Translations under genes and position numbers: made by a program
The notes under the pieces: model-generated
What the model saw: only the letters and a program-made list of their open reading frames with translations
The model's database searches: none
What the model was told of the DNA's origin: nothing
Source: Trichodelitschia bisporula
Taxonomy: Eukaryota
NCBI GenBank assembly: GCA_010356995.1
Contig: ML996689.1
Coordinates: forward strand, 1,258,691 to 1,322,690
Direction of reading: 5' to 3'
DNA length: 64,000 bases
Shown here: positions 13,586 to 25,130 of the stretch, one piece after another
How the letters are laid out: every line of letters starts with the position of its first letter
Position numbering within the stretch: the stretch's first letter is position 1

Positions 13586-14003
13586 CTCGAGGGTATTGTT
13601 GGCTTCGAAGTTCGGGGTATGAAGACGCAGATTTATCCTGGCTTCATTTCAGTCGATGAAGCTGAATGCGCGGCGCTGTGAGGGGACGGCTGATGTCGTA
13701 ACTCTCGTCGATTCTTCGCGCGCGTGAGCCGGGCCCAAGTAAAGTGCCAAGACTGTTTGATGCTGAGGTCACATGCTGGCCCACCCGAAAAAGTTTGTCG
13801 CCACCCTGACTGGGCCTTTTTGCGGACGGGGCCGGCCATGACTTCTTCGGATGGTTACTGGTCCGCGCGGACTCAATACCAACGCAGCATCGGGAGCCTC
13901 ATCACAATCGCGACGCGTCCTTCTTCGGACCTTTCTTTCCCATCTTGAGTCTGTCCTTACCTATACAGTAAATTTCCTGACCGCAAGAACCCTTTCTACA
14001 GCT

Positions 14004-14542
14004 ATGGTGGACAACTCGAACCTAGTAAACGGTGTTGCTGTCGCCGAAACCATCCCAGTCTTCACACCTCCCCCCGTCAACGGCCTAAATGGAGCCACAG
14101 AGCAACCGGACGTCGAGATGAAGGAGGAGCCCGCTCCCGAGGTGAGCTTACGTGGTGACAGCTATTTTACATCTCTGTGCTAACACCATAATTGCAGGCC
14201 CCTATGCCCTCGCTACCACCGGCACCAACGATTGAAGTTCCTACGGAGCCGTCACCGCAACCGCAGCCGCAACCACAACAGCAATTGCAAGCGCAGCCGC
14301 AGCCGCAACCGTCAAGTCAGCCCCCAACTGCGCGAGGCTCGCCACATCCCTCTACGCCAGCACCTGCTCCGCCTCCACAGCCCAACCATTACGGCAGTCA
14401 GACGCGCGTGTACCTCAACCAGAAGGTTACGCCTCACCTGTTAGAGGGTATGAAGCACTTGGCAGTCTATGAGCCCGAGAAGCCGCTCCAATGGCTCAGC
14501 GAGTTCCTAGCACAAAGGAGTAGGGAGATGGAAGGTACATGA
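14004..14542 (+). CDS. SDC1: COMPASS subunit Sdc1/Dpy-30
   Basis: ATG 14004, intron 14142-14197. Pro/Gln-rich N-terminus, then Dpy-30 motif TRVYLNQKVTPHLLEGMKHLAVYEPEKPLQWLSEFL. Confidence 0.9.
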
Positions 14543-14846
14543 CTGGGGTAATAATGAATCAAATACGGACGGTCATGCGTTGCGAGTCCGGTCACGTCCC
14601 GCATGCATTGGTGGTTCGGGACTGAGCAATCGACTGCTGTTGCGGGATATCACAGAGCACGATAACGAAGCACAAAGCCGACCAGTGAATTGTCTTGTCA
14701 GAAGTCGGAATGATCCCTAGCTAGCAGAGCGCCGATACACCCATGCATCAACCATAATGCGAAGCATAACCCATTTTCCACGCACTACTCTCGTCCCCAG
14801 GGTATCCATTTCTGTCCATCACCAAGACAACACGATGGCGACCCGT

Positions 14847-15519
14847 TTAGGCGACCAAAGTGCTGGCCGTGGCGCTCTCGTAGCGCCAGGTGGGCGGCAG
14901 AGCACCGACGGTCTTGTAGTAGCGGGACAGACGGTGGATACGCGACTCGATGAGAATGAGGCGGAACTTGGAGTCCTTGTCCTTCCGGTTGCGCTCGAGA
15001 TGCTTGCGGACGGCAACAGCCTAGATAATTAGACATTATGTCATCAGACTATATAGCCATACATACCTTCTTAATGAGCATGTACAGGTCCTCGGGGATC
15101 TCGGGGGCGAGGCCTGATCATCACAACGTCAGTCATCTAGACCAAACGAAGGCATATGCGAGATGCGCAAGCGCATTGTAGGTATTTCGTGCGCCGGTGC
15201 GCAATCAAGGGTGTTCACTGGGGGTCTTGCATACCGTTGGACTTGAGGATACGGAGGATCTTGTTACCTGGATCAGAGTTAGCAATGAAATTGATCACTA
15301 TTCCATAGCGAACATACCGGTGACAACCTTCACCTGGGCAACGCCGTGAGAGTCGCGCAGGACAACACCGATCTGGGACGGCGTGGCACCCTTCTTCGCG
15401 AGCTTGCAGATTTGGTCGACAACCGTCTCCGGAGTCGTTTTCAACCACGCAGGAGGCGTGCGGCTGTAGGGGATGGCGGAGGACGAGATGCCCTTGCCGT
15501 TGCTGTGCATGCGACCCAT
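14847..15519 (-). CDS. RPS13: 40S ribosomal protein S13 (uS15), 3 introns
   Basis: [20 protein letters not shown]...[29 protein letters not shown]...[13 protein letters not shown]. Confidence 0.98.
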
Positions 15520-15929
15520 TTTGGCGAGTTGTGGATTGAGGAACGACCTGAGGTTAGTTATCGAACTCGGGGTTGGAGGATGGATGTTTTTGGTGCGAAG
15601 GGTTGTTGTAGGGATTTTGTCGATGGTTCGTGGTGGTCCGTGCACTTCTCGCTTGTGCGCGCGCCAAGCCGGCGGGCATCCTTAAAAGGACGAACCTCTT
15701 CTCCTCAAATTTTCATCACAAGCGCCTTCGCAGTACCTCACGTCTTCTGTTACTTGATTGAGCAGCAAACTGCTCCCATCCTGCTAGACGATGCTTTGCG
15801 CATTTGACGCAGTGTGAATGCAACTTTCGGAGCCGCATGCGCCGACGACTCGTTACTCTAACAGTTAACCATACCACCCATGGCAGAACCCCGTATTAGG
15901 TACGTTGCTGACTTCCATTCTGTCTTCCG

Positions 15930-16012
15930 CTTTTCATGATGAGTTATATCCACTGGCACCTCTTGTGTTTTACGGGCTCCGCTCGAATGATCGCACCGGA
16001 CCTCTGATTAGC
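15930..16012 (+). ncRNA. Candidate box C/D snoRNA inside an intron of a non-coding host transcript
   Basis: Box C ATGATGA at 15936-15942 and box D CTGA at 16004-16007, short GCT/AGC terminal complementarity. Enclosed by donor AG|GTACGT (15900), branch GCTAAC (16056) and AAG (16072). Confidence 0.55.
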
Positions 16013-17111
16013 ATCCTCGCCTTGTTTTTTTTCATGTGCATGTGAGAATGCGCTTGCTAACGAGTCAAAAAGTCCATATCCTCGGTTCGTCAATCGACGA
16101 TGTATCGGCTGGGTAGCACACTTGACGCCTGCGTAACGGATGCCTCGTACGATGGCTCCCTAGATACTGTGCGAAATGCAAATCCGCTCGCTTTGAGTAA
16201 ATTGACTGCTCAGTTCTCCTGTCTCACTTGATGCTTTGACCATGTCCACGATGAGAGCTGGAGTCCAGCGACAGGCTACACTTCGTTCCCTTCGGGCAGA
16301 ACAAGTTAACTTCGGCGCGCGCAAGGTTCCAGATGGGCTTCGAAGGGGTGTTCGATTCTTTGCTTCTAGAATCCGTACCCTTGCCCCATTCACGTGATAT
16401 CAATATACGCCAAACTGTCCTGTCAACCATCGCTCCACCAAAACCTCAGTTCCGTCAAGCCGGACAGGTAGCTCCCGTCTCAGATCGGATCGTGCCGCAA
16501 TCGCTCATTGGATCTGACACTACTCTCAAACAGACGCCTCCTGCGCAACTCCACACCATTCGGGCTCTACAGGTACCCGTAGGGACAGGGATTCGAAACG
16601 CCGTAGCCGACGTCACAGATCTGCGACCTTTCCAGACCTTCTTTGCAGCTACTCTCTCCATGCGAGCCAACCGCCACACCCGTCCTATCCTTGGACTCAC
16701 CAGAGCCCGTTTTGGAAGCCTTCCCGTCGCCTACTCCAACGTCCAAGCCAACGTCCAAGCTCGTTGCCACGTACTCGCACAGCGCAGGCTGCGCCATGCA
16801 TCAAGCGCACGTACGACTTGACCGCGCCCCAATAGCTCCTACACTCGTCCCAAGTGCTGGACAAGTGACCCCGCGTTTGACTGTCGCTGAACTACCGTCA
16901 CCATTGAGTGGTCACGATCCCACATGTTCGAGTTACTGCTTCGAGCACCCCTCTTTCCGCGGCTCTTGCGCGTTCTCGGGCGACGATGAAGACGCTTGGT
17001 CCTTGGTGCCCCTCGTGGCAGAGGACTTCGAGCATTGATAAACATGGCTGCCGCCAGAAATGAGGAATATCGTCTCAGTCCTCCACTCTCCCAACTTCCC
17101 TTCTGTTCATA

Positions 17112-19045
17112 ATGTTGTGTCTACTATTATTTTCTTATCTCGCTTCTTTGGTGTCCGCGGCCACTGTTGTGGTCAACTGGGACGTGACATGGGCCGTTGC
17201 TGCGCCAGATGGTAACCCGAGGCCTGTCATCGGCGTCAATGGCAAATGGCCTTGTCCGACACTGGAGATCAACAAGGGCGACCGGTTGCTTCTGACCTTG
17301 AACAATCAGCTCCGGAACGAGTCCACATCGATCCATTTTCATGGTCTCTTCCTCAATGGGAGCCAGTTTATGGATGGTGCATCCGTTGTCACTCAGTGCC
17401 CTATCCCGCCGGGCAGCTCATTCACCTATGACTTTACTGTAAGTGCTCTCTTCGTGTGTCAAGAACAAGCAGGTAACACGGTATAGGTGGACCAAGTTGG
17501 GACGTATTGGTGGCACAGCCACACCTTTGGCCAGTATCCTGATGGCTTCCGCGGACCGTTGATTGTTCGCGACCCCGCCCCACCATACGGCAAAGTGGAT
17601 GGCGAATTCACCCTCACTTTGAGCGATTGGTACGACCAGCAGATGCCGCCATTGATCCAGGCGTACCAGTCCCGAGCCAACGCCGAAGTTAACCAGGGAC
17701 ATGAGCCCATCCCAACCGGCGGCGGCCTCATCAACGACAAGAAGAACGCCAGCTTTGCAGTGGAGCCCAACAAGACGTACCTCTTCCGTCTCATCAATGT
17801 TGGAAACTTCCTCGCCCAGGGTCTTGACTTCGCTGGCCATGATCTTACCATGGTCGAGTTGGACGGCGTCTACACCCAGCCTACCCCACTTGCCGGCAAG
17901 AACGTCCGCCTCGCCACTGGCCAGAGAATTGGCTTGCTGCTGAAGACGAAGCCTAATGCGGCCAGCAACTTTGAGATCAAGGCGATGTTTGATACCACCA
18001 TGTTTCCGCCAACGCCGGGCATTCAGATGAATACTTCTGCCTACTTAGTCTATGACCAGTCTAAGCCGTTCCCGCCGCCTGGTACACTGTACAACATCAC
18101 GTATGTCGACGAAACAGCGCTACAGCCGCTGGATAATCAGCCCGCCTTGGAGCCGGTGGACAACCGCGTGGTCCTTGACACTACCTTTACAACCGTCGAC
18201 GGGATTCACAGGGCAACAGTTAACAACCTGACCTACCTTCCCGCAAAGGTACCAACTCTGTACACCGCCGTCCAAGCAGGTGGAGACTACTCCCTCAACC
18301 CCAACATCTACGGCCAAGTCAATCCCTTCGTCCTGCGCCCCAACGAAGTTGTCGAAGTCGTCATCAACAACATGCACCCAAGTCTACACCCCTGGCATCT
18401 CCACGGCCACGCCTTCCAGGTAATCGAGCGCGCCCCTCCCAACGCCGGCATCTTCACCGGCTTCCGCAACGCCTCCGCCATACCCATCAAGCGCGACACG
18501 CTCATGGTGCAACCGAACAGCTACGCAGTAGTCCGCTTCCGGGCCGATAACCCAGATAAGTTCCCTCAAATATCCGTTTCATGCTCGCAAGCTAAACCCA
18601 CCCACGCGTCTGGATCATGCATTGCCACATCGAATGGCACGTCGAATCCGGGCTCGTAGTCACCCTGATCGAAGCGCCGGAAAAGCTACAGGGCCTCCCT
18701 ATCCCCGCCAACCACATCGATAACTGCGTCCGCTATCCCATGCCCTGGCAGGGCAATGCGGCGGGGAATACAAGGAACTTGCTCGACCTCGCGGGTGTGG
18801 ATACGCGGGCGTCGGAGGACAAGCACAATGGGTGAGTTATCCGAGGTGGGCTTTTACAGTGAGATGGCTAACCGCTTAGCGCGCTCTACGACCCCGTCAC
18901 TGCGTACACCAATGGTCCCCTTACACCTACGCAGCAGTGCCCGCCCAGCTTCGCGGGCTGCATCGGACATACGTCGCTTATCGTGCAGTCGGTGCCGACG
19001 CACAAGCGGCGGTGGCTGGAAACGCTGAAGTGGCTTGTTCGTTAG
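17112..19045 (+). CDS. Secreted multicopper oxidase, Fet3/Abr1-like
   Basis: Signal peptide; copper motifs SIHFHG, YWWHSH, HPWHLHGH, WIMHCHIEWH. Introns 17439-17486 (GT-AG), 18556-18605 (AT-AC), 18832-18879 (GT-AG). Confidence 0.93.
18556..18605 (+). other. Non-canonical AT-AC intron
   Basis: G|ATAAGT...GCTAAACCCACCCAC|GC; removal restores ADNPGVWIMHCHIEWH. Confidence 0.85.
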
Positions 19046-20717
19046 GAAGAGCCGTATGTATAGGGAACGCGTCCCAGCCCCCCGCTGGATGGTGGGCCGG
19101 TGTTAATATATCGCCTCCGGTTAGGTGTGCTTTTGTGGTAGATATTAATTAGTTAGGATGGAACGCATGTGAATCTTGTTTATGCTGCGCTGATGAAGCT
19201 GCGCTGTGTGTCTCCCCACCCTTATTCCCGTCGAATCGGCGATGCGAGAAGGGGTGAAACGGTGAAATGTCGCATGTATGTCTGGCCTGGTCGCGATGGT
19301 GGGCCGTGCCCATCCCTGCCTTGGCCTCCAGCCTCGCACGTGAACACTAGATATCCTCTTGTTCACTAAGACTGCACACGGCGCTATGGTAGGCGTCAAA
19401 CCAATGCCTCGAAGAAGAGGGCTTTTGTACGTATTTCGTGTCACGATTTCTTAGAAAGCACTGTGGTCGAAAAAAAGACATGTGACAGGCAACGCCGCTC
19501 CTCCGGACAGCGACGTTGAGCCAGTTCGTTGGGCGTGGAGATTGATCTATATACATATACACTGCAACTCTTATGCCCGCAATCCAGCCTTGAAATGCAA
19601 AGCAGGTGTTCTGTTGATGGTTGTTCTTCTGCACGTACCCCGCGCCGCCCCCCACTCGCTGCTCAGCATCACGAAGTTTCGCGTTGGTACCGGCAGACGG
19701 GAATCGAAGTTCCGACGCCATCAGGCCCGATCATCTCCCACCTACAGAGCATGTGGCTTCAACAAGCTTGCGGCGTTGGAGGCAGTTGGCCGTAGGACCA
19801 AGTCATGCCATTGGGAAAAGTGAAGAGGAAGATGTCGATGGTGAGGGCAAAGATGTTCTCAAGTCGAAAGGCAGATATGGGAGATTTTGCTGCGTGTAAG
19901 CGTACTGGCCAGGAGCAGCTCCGCGGGAGCCAGGATGTGCAGGATAGTAGGGGTGCTGTTCCGCGGGACCATATGAAGTGACTAGGTCGCTGGTGCGGAC
20001 CCCAATAAATGGTACTAGAGAAGCGCAAACGCCCCCTAGGCGAGCCTTCTCACCCTGTGCATCCGAGATGACTTATTTCGGTTAGTTGACGTGCGCCGCA
20101 AAGCTCCCAGCTTCGTCGGTCGAAGACTCATCATACTGTTCCGGACAACGACTGGCACTGCTAGGGTAACGCCGGTGTTGCGTCGGGCCCGGATCAGGGA
20201 CGGAGCCCGGGTCGTTATATAAGAGGCTGCTTCCCCCGATTGCCGGGCGGGTCGGGGATGTATAGATGCTGGAGGGGGGGCGGAGGCGGAGAATTTGCGG
20301 TGGCAGGTAGCTGTGTATATACTGCTAAGGCTCGTAACGTCGAGGGACGGGGAGGCGTAGGATTGGAGCTCGTGGGGGAGCGCGAGGTGGAGAGTAGGGT
20401 GGTGTTGGTGGAGGTAGATTCCAGGGCGAGTTTATAGACCTATGGCGGTGAGTCATCCGCGGCTTCCGAATCCAGCATTTTACCTTCTCCGGCCGGTGAA
20501 TCGCGCGTATGGTCCTGGTGAGTCCCACTACTTATGCATCCACACACAGCCAGCAGGTAAAAGTCCGCACCCTGTCTCGCACGTAGGCATGTGACCTCGA
20601 AACAGCAACGGCTGCATATATTTCCAAAACTCGAACAGCAAAAAGTGGTATATCCCCCGCACACCTCGCCCCCGCCCTATCCCAAACCCATTAAACCCCC
20701 CCAAAGCACTAACACAC

Positions 20718-23389
20718 CTAATCCTCCTCCTTCAACTGCGGCGTCGACTCACCGGCCGCGCGCCTCGCCTCCGCATTCCTCACCGCACTCTGCAACGCCG
20801 CCGTAAGATCAACATGGAACAACGGGCGGTTGATGCCCTGGACAACAACACGCTTCGCCTGGCGGCGGACATGCACACCCGCGCCCTTCTCCGGACCCTC
20901 GCCACCGGCCGTAGACTCAAGATCGCCAGGCGGGATGATAGACCCATGACGGAGCTCATCGCGGTTAGCGTGCCACTCGGCGTCATTAGCAGCAGAGTCG
21001 AAGCCACCGATTTCGGCAACGGAGTAGATGGGCTTCCAGCGCTGGAAGTCGCCGACGGCGTGGCGGTGGGAAGGATACCCGAAGCCTGCGGAGGCGAGCG
21101 CGCGTTTGGTCCAGCGGTTGTTGAGCGAGGCGAAGTGCCACTCGACCTGGTCGGGGGAGGCGTAGCGGTCAAGTTGATTGCGGACGTCGATGAGTGTTTG
21201 CACTGACGTGATGTCGACGTTGTTGACTGAGCTGAAGTCCAGGATCACGGCTTTGAGTGTCGGCTTGTGCTCGTCAATCTTCGGGGCCTTGCCGCGGCGG
21301 GGACCAGGGTCATTCCATGGACGATCCTGGGGGACGATTAGTAAACAGCTAAAGAGATCGCAGGGGAAAAGGTTCAACTTACACCGAGGCGGCCATAAGT
21401 GGCGGGGTTCGTCCGTCGCGTGTTCGCGAAGATGTGCGAGACCAAGGCGTCGAGGTAATGGCTGGCGTTGGGATACACGAAGCCCTCGGAGAAGCGGTAG
21501 ATGAAGACACCAGGGTACGGCGTCTCGAGCTCGAGGGCCGGGTTGGACCCATCGTCGTGGTCAATGGGTAGGAAGGCGTTACGCACGGCCCGGTGGTCGT
21601 CGAGGATGTCGTGCGCGGGGCCGGTGCCGCTATCGCCACCGTTGCCGCCGCCATTGCCACCGCCATAACCACCGCTGCCGTGGAGCGAGCCGTAGTCGGC
21701 ACCCTTCAGGTCGTCGGCATCGCCGCGACCACCCGTCACGGAGTGGATCTTGACGCGGCCGAGGAAGCGGCCTTGCGCCTTGAAGAGACGGAAGATGAAG
21801 AGAGCGAAAGATGCGCAGATGGTGGTGTAGATGCCGTTCTCAATTGACGAGAAGACAGTCACGATTACGCCGGCGAAGAAAATCGGCACTTCCAGAGGCG
21901 AGATGCGCCAGAACTTGTAGACGACACTCGGTGGCGTGATCAGGTCGCCCACGGCGTGGATGATGACGGCTGCGAGACCCGCGTTCGGGATGTAGAAGAA
22001 CATGGCCGGAAGCGCATAGATGGCGAGCAGCACGACGACGGCGGTAATAACACCGGCAAAGGGCGTCCGCACACCGGCCTTGGACTTGATGGCCGTGCGC
22101 GAAAAGGAGCCAGTAGCCGGGTAGCCGCCCAGGAAGGGGCCGAGAAGGTTGGTGACGCCAATGGCAATAAGCTCCTGCGAAGGATTGATGGTATAGTTGT
22201 TAATGCGCCCAAAAGACTTGGAGATCGAGATGTGCTCAATGAGCAGCACGATCACGGACGCCGGAAGATCGGTAATGATAGCCTTGATGACCCTCGCGTT
22301 GACAAGCGGAGCGCCGGCGTGCTGAAAGCCCCGGGGCACCTTGCCAAGGATGCTGATGACCGGCTTCTTGCGGTGGTGGCGGTTCATCAAGTAGCTGATG
22401 AGGATGTACAGCAAAATGACAAAGGCAGTGCGCAGAGTTGAAAGGAAGAAGAACAGTTGCCTCTTGTTTGGGTACTTCTTCGCGCCGAAGCTGCAGAGGC
22501 TGCGGATGAGGTAGAGGAGAAACAAGGCCGTCAGGCCAATGGCTGCGTTCAAGTTGGTCCTGGGAAGTCCCTTGAGCGTGTTGATAATGACTTTATAAGT
22601 GGCGTCACGGGTGTTGAAGCCTGTGATGCCCATCATGGCCGGAACTTGACCCGCGGCGATGCTGATGGCCGAGCCGGTCATGAAAGCGGAGATAGCGGCG
22701 AGTGAGATGAACTCGACAATCCACCCCAAGCGAGCAAGCCCGAGGAAGGTGATGATACCGCCGCAGATGATGGCTAGCGCCGAGGCGACATGGTAGCCTT
22801 CGACATCAGGGATCGTTTTGTGCGCGTGGAGAACGACATTGCCGGTGATGGTGGACATGACAGCAACGGGCTGATGAATCAGCTGAATGTTCCCAAAAAG
22901 AAGCTACGAGACTTACACCAATGGTAATATCTTTGGAAGTCGCAAAGAACCAGTACACAAGCACGCCCATGAAGGACGAATAGAGACCGAATTCTGGGCT
23001 CAACTGAGCCAGCTTTGCGTAGGCCATGGATTGCGGCACTACGACAGCACCGACGGTGATACCTGAAAACAAATCAAAACTTGCGCATTTTTTGCCAGAG
23101 CTGGAAACTTACCGGCAACCAGATCGCCACGCAGCCATTGGAAGTTGTAGCGCGTGATCCAATGCAGGAATGGGAAGAGGCTCCAAATGTAGTTTTTGAT
23201 GTCCTTCGGCTTGGGAACTTGCTCCCAGAGCCACTCTCCCGTATGCGGCTCCTCCTCAACATAGGTGTCGGCGGTATTGACGGAGAAAACGGATTCACCG
23301 CGGGTGAGGGGATCGCCGGAGTACTCGTCGACCTTGATGCCAAGAGCTTTGGCAAGGCCGCGGCCGACCTTGTCTTTGGTGGTGGCCAT
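20718..23389 (-). CDS. SulP/SLC26 sulfate permease (sB/Cys-14/Sul1-like) with STAS domain
   Basis: GDLVAG|ITVGAVVVPQSMAYAKLA, GYPATGSFSRTAIKSKAGVRTP, STAS AVILDFSSVNNVD. Three introns near 23063-23112, 22872-22917 and 21328-21382. Confidence 0.95.
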
Positions 23390-24122
23390 TGCGGGGCGCG
23401 AAGTGGAGGGGTAGCTGCGACGCGCTTCTGGGAGGTTAGACAGCAAGCTTGTATGCTCACTCGGCTCCGTCCAAGTATTGCTGCTTCTGGCTCGTGTGGT
23501 TGGAGTAGAAGAGCTTCCGGTGCCTGACAGTGGAGGGGAGCGGTATATATGCGAGATGGTGGAGTGGCGGGAGCTAGAGCTGGGCCCGCTAGGGGCAGCG
23601 TTCGGTGTGGAGCGCGGCACCTTTGCTTTTGGAATTGTAAAATCGTGGGAAGGCGTAATGGAAAATTCCGCAGACGTGGCTAGCGGGGGTCTGATTGGAG
23701 TGGGCGCGTGTAATGGGTACTTGGACTCTTGGAGTCACTGAATTGGATTGGTACGTGGGGTTGGGGGGGGGAGGTAGAGGGGTCGTTGGAGGGGTTTAGC
23801 GACGGCTGAAGGGATGGGTCACTCTTGGGAGGATGGGGAAACAAAGCGGGCGATGAGGCACGACGCAGGCCAGTGGAAAAGCCACAACAGGACGTTGTAG
23901 CTTCTTGCAGCTGGTGGCGATGGGGGAGGGGGGGGATGGGTGATATTTCGAGTAGGTAATGAAATCAGTTAACTTGGCGAGGCGGAAGAGGCGCAAATTC
24001 AGATGGAACGGACAGACTTTGTGTGGACGTGCTTCAATGAAGTAGTTCTATAGCAAGCGCGAAATTGTGGCAGGTGGGGTGGATTGGAAGGGTAGAGCAG
24101 GAGGGGAGAGAGCTTTAGCTCG

Positions 24123-24132
24123 ATGGCATCAT
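24123..24132. promoter_or_regulatory. Putative CYS-3/MetR bZIP binding site ATGGCATCAT
   Basis: Exact match to the ATGRYRYCAT consensus, about 730 bp upstream of the sulfate permease ATG. Confidence 0.55.
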
Positions 24133-24491
24133 AGCTTGAGCGGGGCTCGAGAACCACCCTGCTTACCTATACCTATTCCGCAAGATCATGTATGATGCGT
24201 GAGACTTCATCCGCACTGTGGGGAAACTTCGTCATAGATGTTTGGACATTGGCTTTGGGAATGGTGGCAGGCGGACCCGGGTGACAATGTCGGCTACTGT
24301 GTGCATCCATGGTGTTTGCTTCTGTTTCCCGCTTCCTTTCGAGGGGGAGAACGACGACGGGTGGTACGGGAAGATCAGCAGCCGTTCGTCATTGGATAAC
24401 GTGAACCGGGTTTGACGGAACCGAAGCACAAACAGCAAAGAAGGCGTTCGAAGGCTGGTAGGATTTCTGGTCACTTGGTGCAAAGCTGAGT

Positions 24492-24589
24492 CGATGAGGT
24501 GCTCAGAGCGATGAGGTGCTCACAGCGATGAGGTGCTCACAGCGATGAGGTGCTCACAGCGATGAGGTGCTCACAGCGATGAGGTGCTC
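24492..24589. repeat. 17-bp minisatellite (CGATGAGGTGCTCACAG) x ~5.8
   Basis: Direct tandem copies with no spacers; one substitution in the first copy. Confidence 0.95.
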
Positions 24590-25120
24590 GTTGCTGATCA
24601 GGGGACCTCACAACCAACCGCGCTAACTTACTGTACTCCAATGTTCCAACTCCATACTGTATTACGCATTACGCCGGAGCTGACAGAAGGATTAGAGAGA
24701 GCTGACCCCAGGAAAAGGATGAGAAAGCGGGAGGATCGACGTGCAAATTGCAGCAATTATAGAGGGATGTCGTCTGTTGAAGCAGTGCAGTTGTCGTAAA
24801 GTTCTGCATCTTTCAAGTTTCCCGGGAGATCTGGCATACGCACCTACCCAGTGCTGCCCTGCGCTTTCCCGTCTCCGGTAAGGCTTCGGACCTTTGGACA
24901 CGATGTGGAGAAGCTTGGACGAATTAGAGGAGCCAGTGGCGCATTCGAAGAATTGCGTGCTTCTGCGCCAGAATTGTGTGCAACTGGGGTCTGCAGATGT
25001 GGCTTGAAGTGGCGCATATCTTTGAAGCCTTACCCAGAACTAGCGCTTTGAACAATGGACAAGCAACAAGAGAAAAGGAAAATCAATTGTTTTCTGTCGC
25101 GGTGTCGATGCTCGCGAAGA

Positions 25121-25130
25121 ATGGTGCCAT
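25121..25130. promoter_or_regulatory. Second putative CYS-3/MetR site ATGGTGCCAT
   Basis: Exact match to ATGRYRYCAT, about 1.7 kb upstream of the sulfate permease. Confidence 0.45.

Noticed and set aside
16333..17038. Protein-coding gene upstream of the oxidase
   Set aside because: Overlapping short ORFs with no family motifs or convincing splice structure; cannot be supported.
18556..18605. U12-type (minor spliceosome) intron
   Set aside because: The donor is ATAAGT rather than ATATCCTT and there is no TCCTTAAC branch, so it fits U2-type.
19150..20700. Gene or ncRNA downstream of a TATATAA at about 20216
   Set aside because: No credible ORF or RNA motif follows; the region is most simply the convergent 3' ends of two genes.
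24492..24589. CRISPR-like array
   Set aside because: Units are contiguous with no unique spacers, no cas genes are present, and the context is eukaryotic.
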